From contig OY970303.1 of the NCBI GenBank assembly GCA_963716255.1, positions 6,208,001 to 6,272,000 on the forward strand: a DNA stretch of 64,000 nucleotides, written 5' to 3'. Source of the stretch: an uncultured Gemmatimonadales bacterium (GTDB taxonomy: Bacteria; Gemmatimonadota; Gemmatimonadetes; Longimicrobiales; Longimicrobiaceae). Shown piece after piece: positions 29,405 through 39,355 of this stretch (its first letter is position 1; every line of letters starts with the position of its first letter). A program made the position numbers and the translations under genes. The notes beneath the pieces were generated by a model that saw nothing but the letters and a program-made list of their open reading frames with translations, was not told where the DNA came from and ran no database searches.

Positions 29405-30079
29405 ATGTCAACTCTGTACTCCTACGTGGTGAAGCACGACTATGGTGCGGCACCCAATCCGTTCTGGGGCGTGTGCTCATTGGTCATATGTAAGCCCCAG
29501 ATCCGCCGGTCTGCTACGGATGGCGACTGGATAGTCGGAACTGGCTCGGCCTCGTCGCCGTTGGGCGACATTCGTGATCATCTGATCTTCGCGATGAAGG
29601 TTACGCGGAAGATGCCAATGGGGGACTACGACGCCTACTGCCGCGATCAACTACCCGGAAAGATTCCAGAGTGGAGGTCCAGAGATCCACGGCGACGGGT
29701 TGGCGATGCGATCTACGATTTTTCCGTCCGCCCCCCCAGATTGCGGCCGAGTGTGCACTCGGAAAGAAATCGTGAACGGGACCTCGGTGGCCTGTACGCG
29801 CTCTTGTCGGAGCACTTCTTCTATTTCGGGAGTCAGCCGATTCCGCTACTTCCGCAGCTTCACGCGATGATCGCGGGGCGAGGGCACAAGTCGGTGGCCA
29901 ACGAGCCGTACCTTGGCCTGTTCCTGAGCTGGCTCGATGGGTTAGACCTTTGTCCGAACCGCCTCTACGGCAAGCCCGAGGGCCCTTTCTTCAACGGCTG
30001 GGATCTTGAGGCTGCAGGTGGCCAAGTGGCTCCACAGCCGACTTCACCTCAACTGGACCGTGAGCTTGGATGCGGTTAG
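29405..30079 (+). CDS. Nucleotide modification associated domain 2 (Nmad2) protein
   Basis: LYSYVVKHDYGAAPNPFWGVCSLVICKPQIRR...GDWIVG...GDAIY...FFYFG. Confidence 0.75.
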   Translation: MSTLYSYVVKHDYGAAPNPFWGVCSLVICKPQIRRSATDGDWIVGTGSASSPLGDIRDHLIFAMKVTRKMPMGDYDAYCRDQLPGKIPEWRSRDPRRRVGDAIYDFSVRPPRLRPSVHSERNRERDLGGLYALLSEHFFYFGSQPIPLLPQLHAMIAGRGHKSVANEPYLGLFLSWLDGLDLCPNRLYGKPEGPFFNGWDLEAAGGQVAPQPTSPQLDRELGCG

Positions 30080-30195
30080 ACGCCGAGCACCCGATGGTGA
30101 CGAGATCTGCGCCAAATCTGTGAGTGTCGACAATTTGTGTGTCCCCCACCAGCTAGGCGGCTGCGGGGGTTAGTGGAGCGATCGGTTCGGGGCGA

Positions 30196-30795
30196 TCACA
30201 TCACCCGGACCACCCCGGTGACCACCCCCTGGATCACCACCTCGGAGGCTTTGTAAAGCAGGGGAGCGAGCGCGGGGTTCGCCGGCTGCAGCCGGATCCG
30301 GCCGCGCCGCTCCCGGTAGAAGCGCTTCACCGTGGCGGCCGAGCCGCCGATCAGCGCCACTACCACCTGACCGTTGCGGGCGGCCTGCTGGGCCCGCACG
30401 ACGATGTAGTCGCCGTCGCGGATCTGTTCGTCGATCATCGAGTCCCCCCGGACCTGCAGCACGTAGTCACCGCGCCGGAGCATCTCGGGGCAGAGGCTGA
30501 ACGTCTCCTGCTGCTCCGCCACCTCGATGGGTTCCCCGGCCGCCACGAAGCCGAGCAGCGGCAGCTCGTGCAGATCCTCGGCTGGCCGCACTACCTCCAG
30601 CGACCGTGGGCGGTTCGGGTCGCGCCGCAGGTGGCCCCGGCGGATCAGCGCCGCGACGTGCTGGTGGGCGTTCGACACGGAGGAGAAGCCCATGTGCTCG
30701 GCGATCTCCTCAAGGCTGGGAGCGAACCCGTGCTCCCGGGTGAACGCCTCGATGAAGTCCAGCACCTGGCGCTGTCGGGGAGTGATGGAGGCCAT
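30196..30795 (-). CDS. lexA: LexA repressor (element-borne)
   Basis: TPRQRQVLDFI wHTH, PS..EIA, VAAG cleavage site, GDSM Ser and TVKRF Lys. Confidence 0.88.
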   Translation of the reverse strand: MASITPRQRQVLDFIEAFTREHGFAPSLEEIAEHMGFSSVSNAHQHVAALIRRGHLRRDPNRPRSLEVVRPAEDLHELPLLGFVAAGEPIEVAEQQETFSLCPEMLRRGDYVLQVRGDSMIDEQIRDGDYIVVRAQQAARNGQVVVALIGGSAATVKRFYRERRGRIRLQPANPALAPLLYKASEVVIQGVVTGVVRVM

Positions 30796-30938
30796 TCGCT
30801 CCTGGAGGCGTGGGACACTGGGGGTCGCCTGCATTGTAGCAGGCGCCTACGTCGCGTGTCTACGCCCTGGAGTAGCCGGGTGTGGAGGTGCCCGCAACAA
30901 GCCGGCAAGCACTCGTTTCTCAGGAGGTTTGAAATTAG

Positions 30939-31136
30939 ATGAAGATAGTCGACCGGCTGATTGAAGGCCTGCAGATCCTCAAGCGCTACGAGCCCAACCT
31001 CTCCCCGTTCCCAAGCCATCGTGCCCGGCGGGTCTTGCACATCCAAGAAGAGGGATTCGCAGAGGTCACTGAGGACGATCAGACGAAACTGCGGGAGCTC
31101 GGTTGGGAAGGGAGTGGGTTTCTCTGGACATTCTGA
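30939..31136 (+). CDS. Small hypothetical protein, divergent from lexA
   Basis: AGGAGG RBS; 65-aa ORF. Confidence 0.5.
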   Translation: MKIVDRLIEGLQILKRYEPNLSPFPSHRARRVLHIQEEGFAEVTEDDQTKLRELGWEGSGFLWTF

Positions 31137-31200
31137 GCCGGGGTGCCCCGCTCTCGCGCACTGACGTCGTACGCCACGCACTACACTCGGGAGATTGGTA

Positions 31201-31941
31201 ATGGTGAATCGCTGGGTCTTTGTGGGGATCTTTCTTGGTGCATTCCTCTCCCCGAGGGAGGGTGTGGCCCAGGGTGGACGCGCGGCGTCGCGCCCCTCCG
31301 CCCGGCCCGGTCAACCGGATGTGCGCTTGGTCGGGCCACCGACTTGGTGGATCGTCCCGTTCAAGGAGGGTAACACCGCGGAAGGCAAGCTCTACTTCGG
31401 CGCCACCGTCGAGAACCGCTCGGATGTGGTCGCGGCCGTCGGGTTGAGCTTCCAGTCGTACACGGCCGAGGGGGCCCGCTACGAGGGCTGCTACGAGATG
31501 GGCGGGGGCGGGCCCGGCGTCTACGACGAGGTCCCCCCGCGCGGGCGGGCCTTCCTCATGTGCCAGCGGAGCATCGTCCCGGTGGACCGTGCGGGCCTGC
31601 AGGTGACCACCCGGATGTGGGACGTCCGGCCAGTGACCGTCCGGGCGACAGCGGCACGGGTGGTCGGGTCGGGGCTCGAGGTGGCCGAGGAGTATCTCGA
31701 CGCCACGGCGTACGACGCCTTCGCGCTCGTGCGGGGCCCCGGGGGGCGGGACGTGGAGTTGCGCGTGGTGTTCCGGTTCCTCGCCGAGGATGGGACCCAG
31801 GTCGCCACCTGCGAGTCGGACGACGTGACCGTCGAGCCGGAGGTCGCGCAGCGCGTGACGTGCTCCAGCACCGCGACCGTGGTCCCCGGGATGGAGCGGC
31901 CGGTGCGCGTGCGCGCCGAGCTGCGGGCCGCTGAATGGTAG
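31201..31941 (+). CDS. Hypothetical secreted protein
   Basis: Signal-peptide-like N-terminus; beta-rich; host-like codon usage. Confidence 0.55.
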   Translation: MVNRWVFVGIFLGAFLSPREGVAQGGRAASRPSARPGQPDVRLVGPPTWWIVPFKEGNTAEGKLYFGATVENRSDVVAAVGLSFQSYTAEGARYEGCYEMGGGGPGVYDEVPPRGRAFLMCQRSIVPVDRAGLQVTTRMWDVRPVTVRATAARVVGSGLEVAEEYLDATAYDAFALVRGPGGRDVELRVVFRFLAEDGTQVATCESDDVTVEPEVAQRVTCSSTATVVPGMERPVRVRAELRAAEW

Positions 31942-32564
31942 CCGGCTCCTCCATGTGGCTGCTGGTGCTGGCCGCCGTGCTGGCTGGCTGCGGGGAGGAC
32001 CACGCCGCCGTCAGCGTCGCCCCCGAGGACGTGGTCCTGCGGGCCGAGGTCGTTCCGTACGCCGAGCTGACCGAGGCCGAGCGCGCGGAGATCGGCTCCT
32101 CCTGCTGCACGTACTCCAAGACGGGCGGGTGGACGGGGAGTGACGTGGCTCAGTTCAAGCCTGAGCAGGGGTTCGTCGTTCGCGCGGTGGTCGATCCCTA
32201 CGCACTCGCGCAGCTCTCGTTCCTGCACTCCTGCGGGAGCGTCATGCAGGTGAAGACGTGCTCCGCCGAGGAGCTGCGCCGGAAGGTCTCGGAGGCCGTG
32301 GGGCACCCGAACCCGTACATGCTCTACGGCAAGTACAAGAACTCGTGGGTGTTCTTCAACGGGACCCGCCAGGTACCCTCGACCGCGAAGTTCGAGGGGC
32401 ACTATACGCGCATGTTGCGGCGCCTCCGCGGTCCCTCGCGTGACTCCATGCTGATCGGCCCGCTTCCCGAGCGGCCCACGCGAATGCGGATCCAGATTCG
32501 CCACGATTGGGACGGGCAGAAACAGACCCTACCCAGCCCCGAAGTTGCTCTCCCGCGGCCTTGA
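31935..32564 (+). CDS. Hypothetical lipoprotein
   Basis: LAAVLAGC lipobox; overlaps upstream stop. Confidence 0.55.
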   Translation: MVAGSSMWLLVLAAVLAGCGEDHAAVSVAPEDVVLRAEVVPYAELTEAERAEIGSSCCTYSKTGGWTGSDVAQFKPEQGFVVRAVVDPYALAQLSFLHSCGSVMQVKTCSAEELRRKVSEAVGHPNPYMLYGKYKNSWVFFNGTRQVPSTAKFEGHYTRMLRRLRGPSRDSMLIGPLPERPTRMRIQIRHDWDGQKQTLPSPEVALPRP

Positions 32565-32672
32565 GTGACGCACGCTCGGAGCATGTATCCTCGTGCAAGC
32601 CGAATCTTGGCCAGAGTACGCGGACAGGCAGGGCCCGTTACGCCGCGCAATCTCCCCACACCGCAGCAAGCA

Positions 32673-33173
32673 ATGGCAGAAGAATTCCGCATCGAGGTTC
32701 ACCTCCGCGACCCCGCGACCCCTGACGCCGAGCTGTGCACGCTCTACTGGGAGCGTCCCCCGCGGGCGACCGCCCGAACAGGATTCACCCACCGGGTGAC
32801 CACCCTCGCAGCGCGGTTCGGACTGTCCCGCAGCGAGATCACTGCGCGGGTGCGTGCTGCGAGCTACGCGATCATGCCGGAGCGGTCCTGCCCCAGCTGC
32901 GGCCGCCCTCAGCTTCTCTACAACCGGGGAGACTTCGAGAGCCACGCGACCAGCCGGAACAACCGCTGCATGTCGTGCACGCTCCCAGTCGCCCTCGCCA
33001 ACTTTCAGGAGTGGGAAGAGACGTACGCGGCGAGCCTCCGGAAGCCTGACTCAGAAAAGGACGCCGATTTTAGGCGGCACATGGAATCAATGCTCACGCA
33101 TACCCGTGAGAAGATTGCTGAGCTTCAGGAGGAAATCGCGCTTCTGCCCGAATCACACGCGGTTCGCGGTTGA
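32673..33173 (+). CDS. Hypothetical zinc-ribbon protein
   Basis: CPSC...CMSC; short HTH-like segment; coiled C-terminus. Confidence 0.5.
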   Translation: MAEEFRIEVHLRDPATPDAELCTLYWERPPRATARTGFTHRVTTLAARFGLSRSEITARVRAASYAIMPERSCPSCGRPQLLYNRGDFESHATSRNNRCMSCTLPVALANFQEWEETYAASLRKPDSEKDADFRRHMESMLTHTREKIAELQEEIALLPESHAVRG

Positions 33174-33273
33174 TGGGGGCAGGCGAACACTGCCTGCGCT
33201 GATTCGCCACGCGGCGGGCAGCCGCTGCTGCGTCCAGTACTTCCCCCTTGTCCATTCCACTTCGGATTCCGTC

Positions 33274-33723
33274 ATGGTTCGTAGTTCCTTGCTTCTGTTC
33301 GCCGCCTTCGCGGTCGCGTGCACCGCGCCCGCCCCACCCGAGCAGGCCGAAGGCGCAGACGTGCAGCTCGAGGCCGCCGCTGTGCGGACGCCTCTCCGCG
33401 CGGAGGCGCCTCCGCTGCCTGCCGAGGCCCCCCAGCCGGCCGAGTTACCGCGCCGCGTGAACGCCCTCGGGGGAATCGTGACGTGCAGCATACGGCCGGA
33501 TTTCGACGCCTACACCGTCGCCGCCCGGGAGCGAGGGGCGGAGCCGTCCGACCTGGAGCTCGTTGGCTCGGGGCTCACCTGTACTCGTGGGATCCTGTGG
33601 CCCGAATCGGAGTTCGCGGTCCTGGACTCCACCGCTGCCCCTCATACGGTCAAGATTCGCGTCTACGCCATCACCGGAGTCGAGGTGGACGTCTGGGCCC
33701 CTGGCGTGGTTCTGGACCAGTAG
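33274..33723 (+). CDS. Hypothetical lipoprotein
   Basis: FAVAC lipobox followed by Pro/Ala linker. Confidence 0.5.
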   Translation: MVRSSLLLFAAFAVACTAPAPPEQAEGADVQLEAAAVRTPLRAEAPPLPAEAPQPAELPRRVNALGGIVTCSIRPDFDAYTVAARERGAEPSDLELVGSGLTCTRGILWPESEFAVLDSTAAPHTVKIRVYAITGVEVDVWAPGVVLDQ

Positions 33724-33847
33724 CGGGCGAACTGCGGCCGCGTGCGCGGACGAACACACCCCTGCGCAGCTTCCTCGCCGCGCATCATCCGGGAGTTGGC
33801 CCGCTGCGAAGGGTGGAGGGAATCAACGGGAACCAGCCTTCAATCGC

Positions 33848-34426
33848 TCAGTGAATCGTCGCGCGGGGGTACAACGTGACGTCTCGAGTGTCCCACCTCC
33901 GGGCTTCCAAGTGCGGAGCCGTGGCCGCAAGGAGGAGCTGGGAGCGTCGTCCAGGTCCCCCGTGCCAGTCTGAGAGTGCCATCGTCGTACTGAACTCGAA
34001 CCAGAGTGGCACAACGCCTGTGCGGACGGCGAGGACCCGCACTTGAACCATCGTCGTTAAGCCGAAAATCGCATGATGCTGGTGCGAAAGATCAAGCACG
34101 CGGCGTGTCAGGGCGCTCCGGTCCACTCCAGGGTGGTCGCGCATTAACCCCTCCACGATGTCCGACGTGTCCAGCGTGCCCAGCAGGAACGCCCCCTCCA
34201 CGGTGAGGTCCAGCGCGAAGATGCAGTTCCCGGTGGAGTCGATGGTCTCGCTGACGATCCGGTTATCTGATGAGGCAAGCACATCCTCGCGGTACCACGC
34301 CCACGGGTCCTCCTGCGACCCAGTAGGCGGCACCACCTCCTCGAACCTGAGCCGGGTGTCCAGCGCCACCCAGGACAGGTCTGCGGCCCGCTCGTCCTGC
34401 GTCCCCTCAGCGTAGTCGTCGTTCAC
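33848..34426 (-). CDS. Hypothetical protein
   Basis: AGGAGGAG RBS before GTG; 192-aa acidic ORF. Confidence 0.5.
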   Translation of the reverse strand: MNDDYAEGTQDERAADLSWVALDTRLRFEEVVPPTGSQEDPWAWYREDVLASSDNRIVSETIDSTGNCIFALDLTVEGAFLLGTLDTSDIVEGLMRDHPGVDRSALTRRVLDLSHQHHAIFGLTTMVQVRVLAVRTGVVPLWFEFSTTMALSDWHGGPGRRSQLLLAATAPHLEARRWDTRDVTLYPRATIH

Positions 34427-34747
34427 GCAGCTCCTCCTGTTGCGGGCAATCTACGATGCGCTTGCTCTCGGCGATCATGGCTCCTTGAGCGTCGCTGCCA
34501 GGGTGAACCCTCGCACGCGGCCTGCTGATCATACCGCGTTAACTTTCCCCACGCTCCTGTGCGGATTGCTCCGCAGGTGGAGAATCGGCGAGTAACCCAT
34601 CCCGGTGGATACCTGATTCGCGGCGCGCCCGCAGGCTGTACAAATCAGGTCTGGAAAACCCCGGGAAAATAATGCTATGGATTGTGCACGGACGCACCAA
34701 TAGTTTGTGAATAAACCGTGTCACCGTGGGGGCGCATGCGGGCCGAC

Positions 34748-36061
34748 ATGGTGTCCACTAATCCAGTCGCCATGCCATCTGTTCCAGAGCCGATCCGGCG
34801 CACGTGCCCGCTTTCCGTGGGTCCCGTGACGCAAGAGGAGGAATTCCCGGAGGGTGTCGCCATCCTGCTGGAGGTCCCCGGAGCGCCAGGCGCGCTCCTG
34901 TGGGGCGCACTCCGTGACGTGCTTCTCTGGATCGAGGCTCTACGGGGTGGCCAGGGAAAGCTGTTCGCGCCGGACGCGGCGCGCACCCGTACCGAGTGGG
35001 TCCACTCTCACCCGGTGCCGGAGGACCTCGCTTCGCCGTTGCTGATGCTCGCCGAGATGACCAGCGAGTCCGGGGGCGTGATGCGGGACCCTGTGAGAGT
35101 CGCCTGCGAGCAGATCGCTACATGGGCGATGGAGAACGGCGCGGTGGAACTCAGGCTTGCGTTCACCGAAGCTGCCGCCCTCCTCGCCCCCGACGATCCA
35201 CGGATGGCGCTTGCGGCCGGGCGGCTAGCTCGGGACGTGGGCCGCCCCGGGCGGGCGGAAACCTGGCTGCGCAAGGCGATCAAGCTGGCCCGCAACCGCG
35301 ACTGGGAGACGTACGTGTGGGCCTTCACCGGCCTGGGACTCATGTACTGGCGCGGCGGGAACCTCCGCGGGGCGCTCGCGGTTGCCGAGCGCGCCCTGCG
35401 TACTGCCTCCCGGCACCGGCTCCGGCACCTGGAGGGCGTGGTCCTGCACAACCTCTTCATGTTCGTCTCCGATCATGATGTCGCCAAGGCGTACCAGCAC
35501 GTCTGGGGAGCCCTGCGCGCGTACGGAGCGGGGAACCCGCGCCTCGCAGTGCTGGCGCAGGACGTCGCCTGCTACTGGGCGGACCACGGACAGTTCGCCC
35601 GCGCTCTGCCAGTTATCGAGGCGGCGCTGCCCCGCATGTCAGACCCCCACGAGCGCATGCTGGTGCTGGCGGGCCGCGCCCGCGCAGCGGCAGGGGCCGG
35701 TCTCACGGACGTGTACGAAGAGGCGAGGGCACAAACTGTTAGGGCCCTCTCGGAAACCCCCGGAGAGGCACGCGCGGCGGAGACGCTGGTCGTGCTCGCC
35801 TCGGCCGACCTGCTGGCGCGCGAGATGGACCGAGCCGAGGAAGCTGCTCGCCGAGGAATAGAGACCGCTGCCCGCCGCGGCGAGCATGCCGCCCGAATGG
35901 CAGCGGAGGCGGTGATCGAGGCTGCGCGCGTACGGAGGCCGATCGCCTCCAGCCGAGCCACCCCGGAGCCCGCCGGCCTCGCCCGGCAGGCCGATCGACT
36001 CCAGGGAGATCTCATTCTCTCGCTCGCGGGGGAGCCTGCCGGCGGGACTCACGCTCTCTGA
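34748..36061 (+). CDS. TPR-like helical-repeat protein (putative sensor/regulator); start uncertain
   Basis: Repeating helical A/L pattern (RAETWLRKAI, GLGLMYWRGG.LRGA, GQFARAL). Confidence 0.65.
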   Translation: MVSTNPVAMPSVPEPIRRTCPLSVGPVTQEEEFPEGVAILLEVPGAPGALLWGALRDVLLWIEALRGGQGKLFAPDAARTRTEWVHSHPVPEDLASPLLMLAEMTSESGGVMRDPVRVACEQIATWAMENGAVELRLAFTEAAALLAPDDPRMALAAGRLARDVGRPGRAETWLRKAIKLARNRDWETYVWAFTGLGLMYWRGGNLRGALAVAERALRTASRHRLRHLEGVVLHNLFMFVSDHDVAKAYQHVWGALRAYGAGNPRLAVLAQDVACYWADHGQFARALPVIEAALPRMSDPHERMLVLAGRARAAAGAGLTDVYEEARAQTVRALSETPGEARAAETLVVLASADLLAREMDRAEEAARRGIETAARRGEHAARMAAEAVIEAARVRRPIASSRATPEPAGLARQADRLQGDLILSLAGEPAGGTHAL

Positions 36062-36079
36062 GTCCCCGCCGGCAGCTCC
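36031..36079. terminator. Hairpin between the convergent TPR and peptide genes
   Basis: CTGCCGGCGGGACTCA / TGAGTCCCCGCCGGCAG. Confidence 0.55.
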
Positions 36080-36084
36080 GATTA

Positions 36085-36306
36085 CTACGGCGTGGTGACC
36101 AGCGTCACGGTGTCGCCGGGCGCCGAGGTCGTGCCGCCGGGTTCACTGCCGTCGGCAGAACGACCCCCGCCACCCACCATGCCGATCCCGTCCAACGCCG
36201 GGGTTGGCGAGGGGCGGACTGTAGAATCCGTCGCCCCCTGCGAGTCGCAGGCCGAAAATGCCAGGGTGAGCGCGAGCGTGACCGTATAGGTGCGGAGCCT
36301 GCTCAT
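36085..36306 (-). CDS. Small secreted/lipo-peptide (73 aa)
   Basis: AAGGAG RBS; signal with LAFSAC lipobox; low-complexity tail with DGIGMVGGGGRS core. Confidence 0.65.
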   Translation of the reverse strand: MSRLRTYTVTLALTLAFSACDSQGATDSTVRPSPTPALDGIGMVGGGGRSADGSEPGGTTSAPGDTVTLVTTP

Positions 36307-36449
36307 GGTGTAACTCCTTTCGGACAAATGGAAAGCGAGGGCAAAGGCGCACTCGGCCTGTGCCCGGGGAGAAGTTCCGAAAGGTGCGGGCGCTCCGGTC
36401 CAAGGGTCAAGGCGCGTCGTGAAAACCACCCCTTGATGGGGAATCCCTG

Positions 36450-37286
36450 ATGCAACCTGTTGTTCGCCCGCTCTTTCTCTTGCACTCGGACCCCGCGTTG
36501 CGCCACGCGCTGGGCCGCATTCCCGGCCAGCCGTATACCCTCTCGCTGGTGTCGAACTGGGAAGCGCTGCGGGATGGATTACGCCGGGCGCCGCCAACTG
36601 CCCTCGTGGTGGTCGACCCGCGTGGGGAGAACGAGGAGGACAACCTTTCCTGTGCCCTCGGCGAGCTCCTGCGCACCTACCCCTCCGCCACCGTGCTCGC
36701 CGCGCTCCTGATTGCTCCAGAAGACGCGGGGCTGGTGCTCAAGTTGAGGGAGTGGGGTGTCGCCGACGTGATCGACCTGGCGCGGGAGCGCACCCCGGAG
36801 GCGCTGGAGCGGCGCCTCCGGGTGGTACAGGGCCGGGCTGTTCGGCGTCTCCTCCAGCGTGCCCTGCCGCCCAATCTGCCGGGGCGCACCCGGACGCTGC
36901 TTGCGGTCGCGGCCGAAGTGGTCTCCCGCGGCGGCCAGTCCCCGGAATTCGCTGCGTCGCTCCAGGTGACTGAGCGGACCGTCGCCCGCTGGTGCGAGCG
37001 GGCGGATCTGCCCCCGCCCCGGCGGCTCCTGGCCTGGATGCGGATCCTGCTCGCCACGGAGTTGCTCGACGATGCCGGCAGGTCGCTGGAGTCGACGGCG
37101 CGGGCCTGTGGATACTCCGGCGCGGGAAGCCTGAAGCCCGCGCTGCGCAACTTCCTGAACAAGTCACCGCGTGAACTGCGCGAGGCCGGAGCATTCGCCA
37201 CGGCCGTCCAAGTGTTCCGCGAGGAGATCGACCAGATCCGTGAGGCAGGCCGGAGCGCGAAGCCGACCAAGGTCTGGCTGAACTGA
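36450..37286 (+). CDS. AraC-type HTH regulator with a degenerate receiver-like N-terminus
   Basis: FAASLQVTERTVARW...PPRRLLAWMRI...SLESTARACGYS. Confidence 0.75.
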   Translation: MQPVVRPLFLLHSDPALRHALGRIPGQPYTLSLVSNWEALRDGLRRAPPTALVVVDPRGENEEDNLSCALGELLRTYPSATVLAALLIAPEDAGLVLKLREWGVADVIDLARERTPEALERRLRVVQGRAVRRLLQRALPPNLPGRTRTLLAVAAEVVSRGGQSPEFAASLQVTERTVARWCERADLPPPRRLLAWMRILLATELLDDAGRSLESTARACGYSGAGSLKPALRNFLNKSPRELREAGAFATAVQVFREEIDQIREAGRSAKPTKVWLN

Positions 37287-37636
37287 ACGGCTGCGGAGAC
37301 ATGCGCGAGATGGTTCTCAGCAGCCTGGCGACCGGGTATTTCGAGACGCGCTTTGCAGAGCCCGCCCGGCGGCATTCAGGAGCCCGGCATGTCGCAACTC
37401 AAACGGGTTTCGGGCCGAAGTCGCGATTCCAGGCCCCAGCGGAGCAGCCTTGGGTACGTGCAACTCCTCAGCTTCTGCCGCCGGTTGGGTTCCTAGTGTC
37501 CACTCTGTCCACCTTCCACTTCAGGAGCCCGACTCGGGAGCCGCCGTGCGCTGGCCGGCCCTAATCTTCGCGGTGTCGGCGGTACCCTTGCCGAAATAAG
37601 CTTCGTACCGGGGCAAACTATTACTCAGGAGCGAGT

Positions 37637-38077
37637 ATGCAGCGGATGGAATACCTGCGGCGAACAGGGGTGGCAGCGAGCCGAGACGGCGAGTTCGACC
37701 GACTCGCGGACGCGTGGCGGCTGGAGGAGCTGAGACAGGTAATCCGGCGTGAGCTGCGCACCCATTGCGGTCAGCTGGCGCTCGCGAGGATTATCGGCGT
37801 TGGGCGATCGGTCGTGAGGAAACTCCTGGAGATGCAGAGCGTGCCCGAGCCCGAAAACCTCGACCGCCTGCGGGAGTGGGCGGCCGACCGCCCTTCGGCT
37901 GAGACTCCACGGGCCGTGGTGTGCCTGGCGGTGCTCATGGAGAACCTGCCGCCGAGCGCGCGGTACGGTGCCCGCCTGGAGGTGGCCGAGACCCTGACCC
38001 GCCTCTACCATGAGACCGGCACTGAAGTGCCGCAGTGGCTCGCGCACGAAGTGCAAGACCGCCGGAGGGAGCTGTGA
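37637..38077 (+). CDS. XRE-like HTH protein
   Basis: GQLALARIIGVGRSVVRKLL...PEPENLDRL; AGGAG RBS. Confidence 0.6.
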   Translation: MQRMEYLRRTGVAASRDGEFDRLADAWRLEELRQVIRRELRTHCGQLALARIIGVGRSVVRKLLEMQSVPEPENLDRLREWAADRPSAETPRAVVCLAVLMENLPPSARYGARLEVAETLTRLYHETGTEVPQWLAHEVQDRRREL

Positions 38078-38395
38078 GGTCACCCAGCGGCCAGCCTGTC
38101 GCGAGTCCCCCGGCCACACCAGAGGCGTCCGCGCCCGCGCAGTCCCCCGGGATGCCCCGGTCCGATCCGTCCACTCCTCCAGAGCGGGTACGTTGGGTTG
38201 CTTCTGGCCTGCTGCTGGTGTCGGGTGGATAGGGGTGGCATATCCCGAGAAGGCGGGTCACTTGCCGCTGCGGGCAACCAGCACGCGAGAAACAGCAACG
38301 GGGTGGAGCACATACAAGCTGCCAGCACTCTCCGGTATACAGGAAGTGCTTCCCGGCGCCGGTTTTCGCCACTGCAAAGGGAGTAACTTGCTGCC

Positions 38396-39217
38396 ATGGA
38401 CATGACTCCAGATGCAGTCGCGCTACGATACCTGCGCTACCTGGCCCTTCGCGAGGGCGGATACTTGCATCGGGGAGTGCCTGGATGGGCGATGCGGGAA
38501 GACGTGGAGCAGGCCACTCATCAGAAGCTGCCGGAGCGCCTGCCGCGCCTTCACGCACGCGGGCTGCTTGATCGCGAGGACGTCCGCGCGCGACACCTGA
38601 CCCGGCCGGCGTGGATCTATCGGATCAACCAGGAGGGGGGAGACCGGGTGGCCGAGGAGGCAGATCTGCCGAGCCGCGTGATTCCCGGTCCGTTGCGCCT
38701 TGCACCGGAGGAGCAGATGGACGCGGCCGTCTACATCCCGCCCGGTGCAGCCCTGGCGCTCCGCGAGCTGCGCCGTGCGATGGAGGGGCGGGTCGAATCC
38801 CCGCACCTCCCCCGGGAGCCGGGATGGCGGACCGGCCCGGATCTCCGCGCGCAAATCATTGGGGAGGACCCGGCCACATCCCCCTGGGCGCCGCGCAGCA
38901 GCCGGGAGCTGTGGATGAGGGCTCACGAGGTGGCGGAGACAGATCTCCTGCCGGGAGAGCCGTGGATGGGCGACCACGATGGGCTGGATCAGGTCGCTCG
39001 CGAAGAGCGAGAGTGGGGATGGGATCCGCTCGTGGGGGAGCTGCCGCTCAGCCCCACCCCGCGGATTCCCTTTCCCAACGACCTGCGGTGGCTGGTGCGG
39101 GTGGGCCTGGTGCAGCAGTGGACAGCCCAGGAGCCCAGCCGGCGGCGTGTATCGCTGTATCGCATCACTCCCCTCGGGGGCGTAGTCATCCCGCTTGAGT
39201 GGCGGGAGCCTCGATAG
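38396..39217 (+). CDS. Protein with two winged-helix-like repeats
   Basis: GW...L..L...GLL...WIYRINQEG repeated as GW...L..LV..GLV...LYRITPLG. Confidence 0.5.
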   Translation: MDMTPDAVALRYLRYLALREGGYLHRGVPGWAMREDVEQATHQKLPERLPRLHARGLLDREDVRARHLTRPAWIYRINQEGGDRVAEEADLPSRVIPGPLRLAPEEQMDAAVYIPPGAALALRELRRAMEGRVESPHLPREPGWRTGPDLRAQIIGEDPATSPWAPRSSRELWMRAHEVAETDLLPGEPWMGDHDGLDQVAREEREWGWDPLVGELPLSPTPRIPFPNDLRWLVRVGLVQQWTAQEPSRRRVSLYRITPLGGVVIPLEWREPR

Positions 39218-39355
39218 GTCGAACTCGTGCAATCTGGCAGCCGCCCGCGGCGCACCTCCCCGGCGCTGTCACGCATAAAGGGTCACGCCTGATCGGCAGG
39301 GTTCGCGCACTCGCTACGCATAAACGGTCACGCCGGCTGAACCTGGCGTGACCGT

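Noticed and set aside
26900..34500. Integron cassette array among the short cargo genes
   Set aside because: Mixed orientations, no consistent attC sites and no integrase visible
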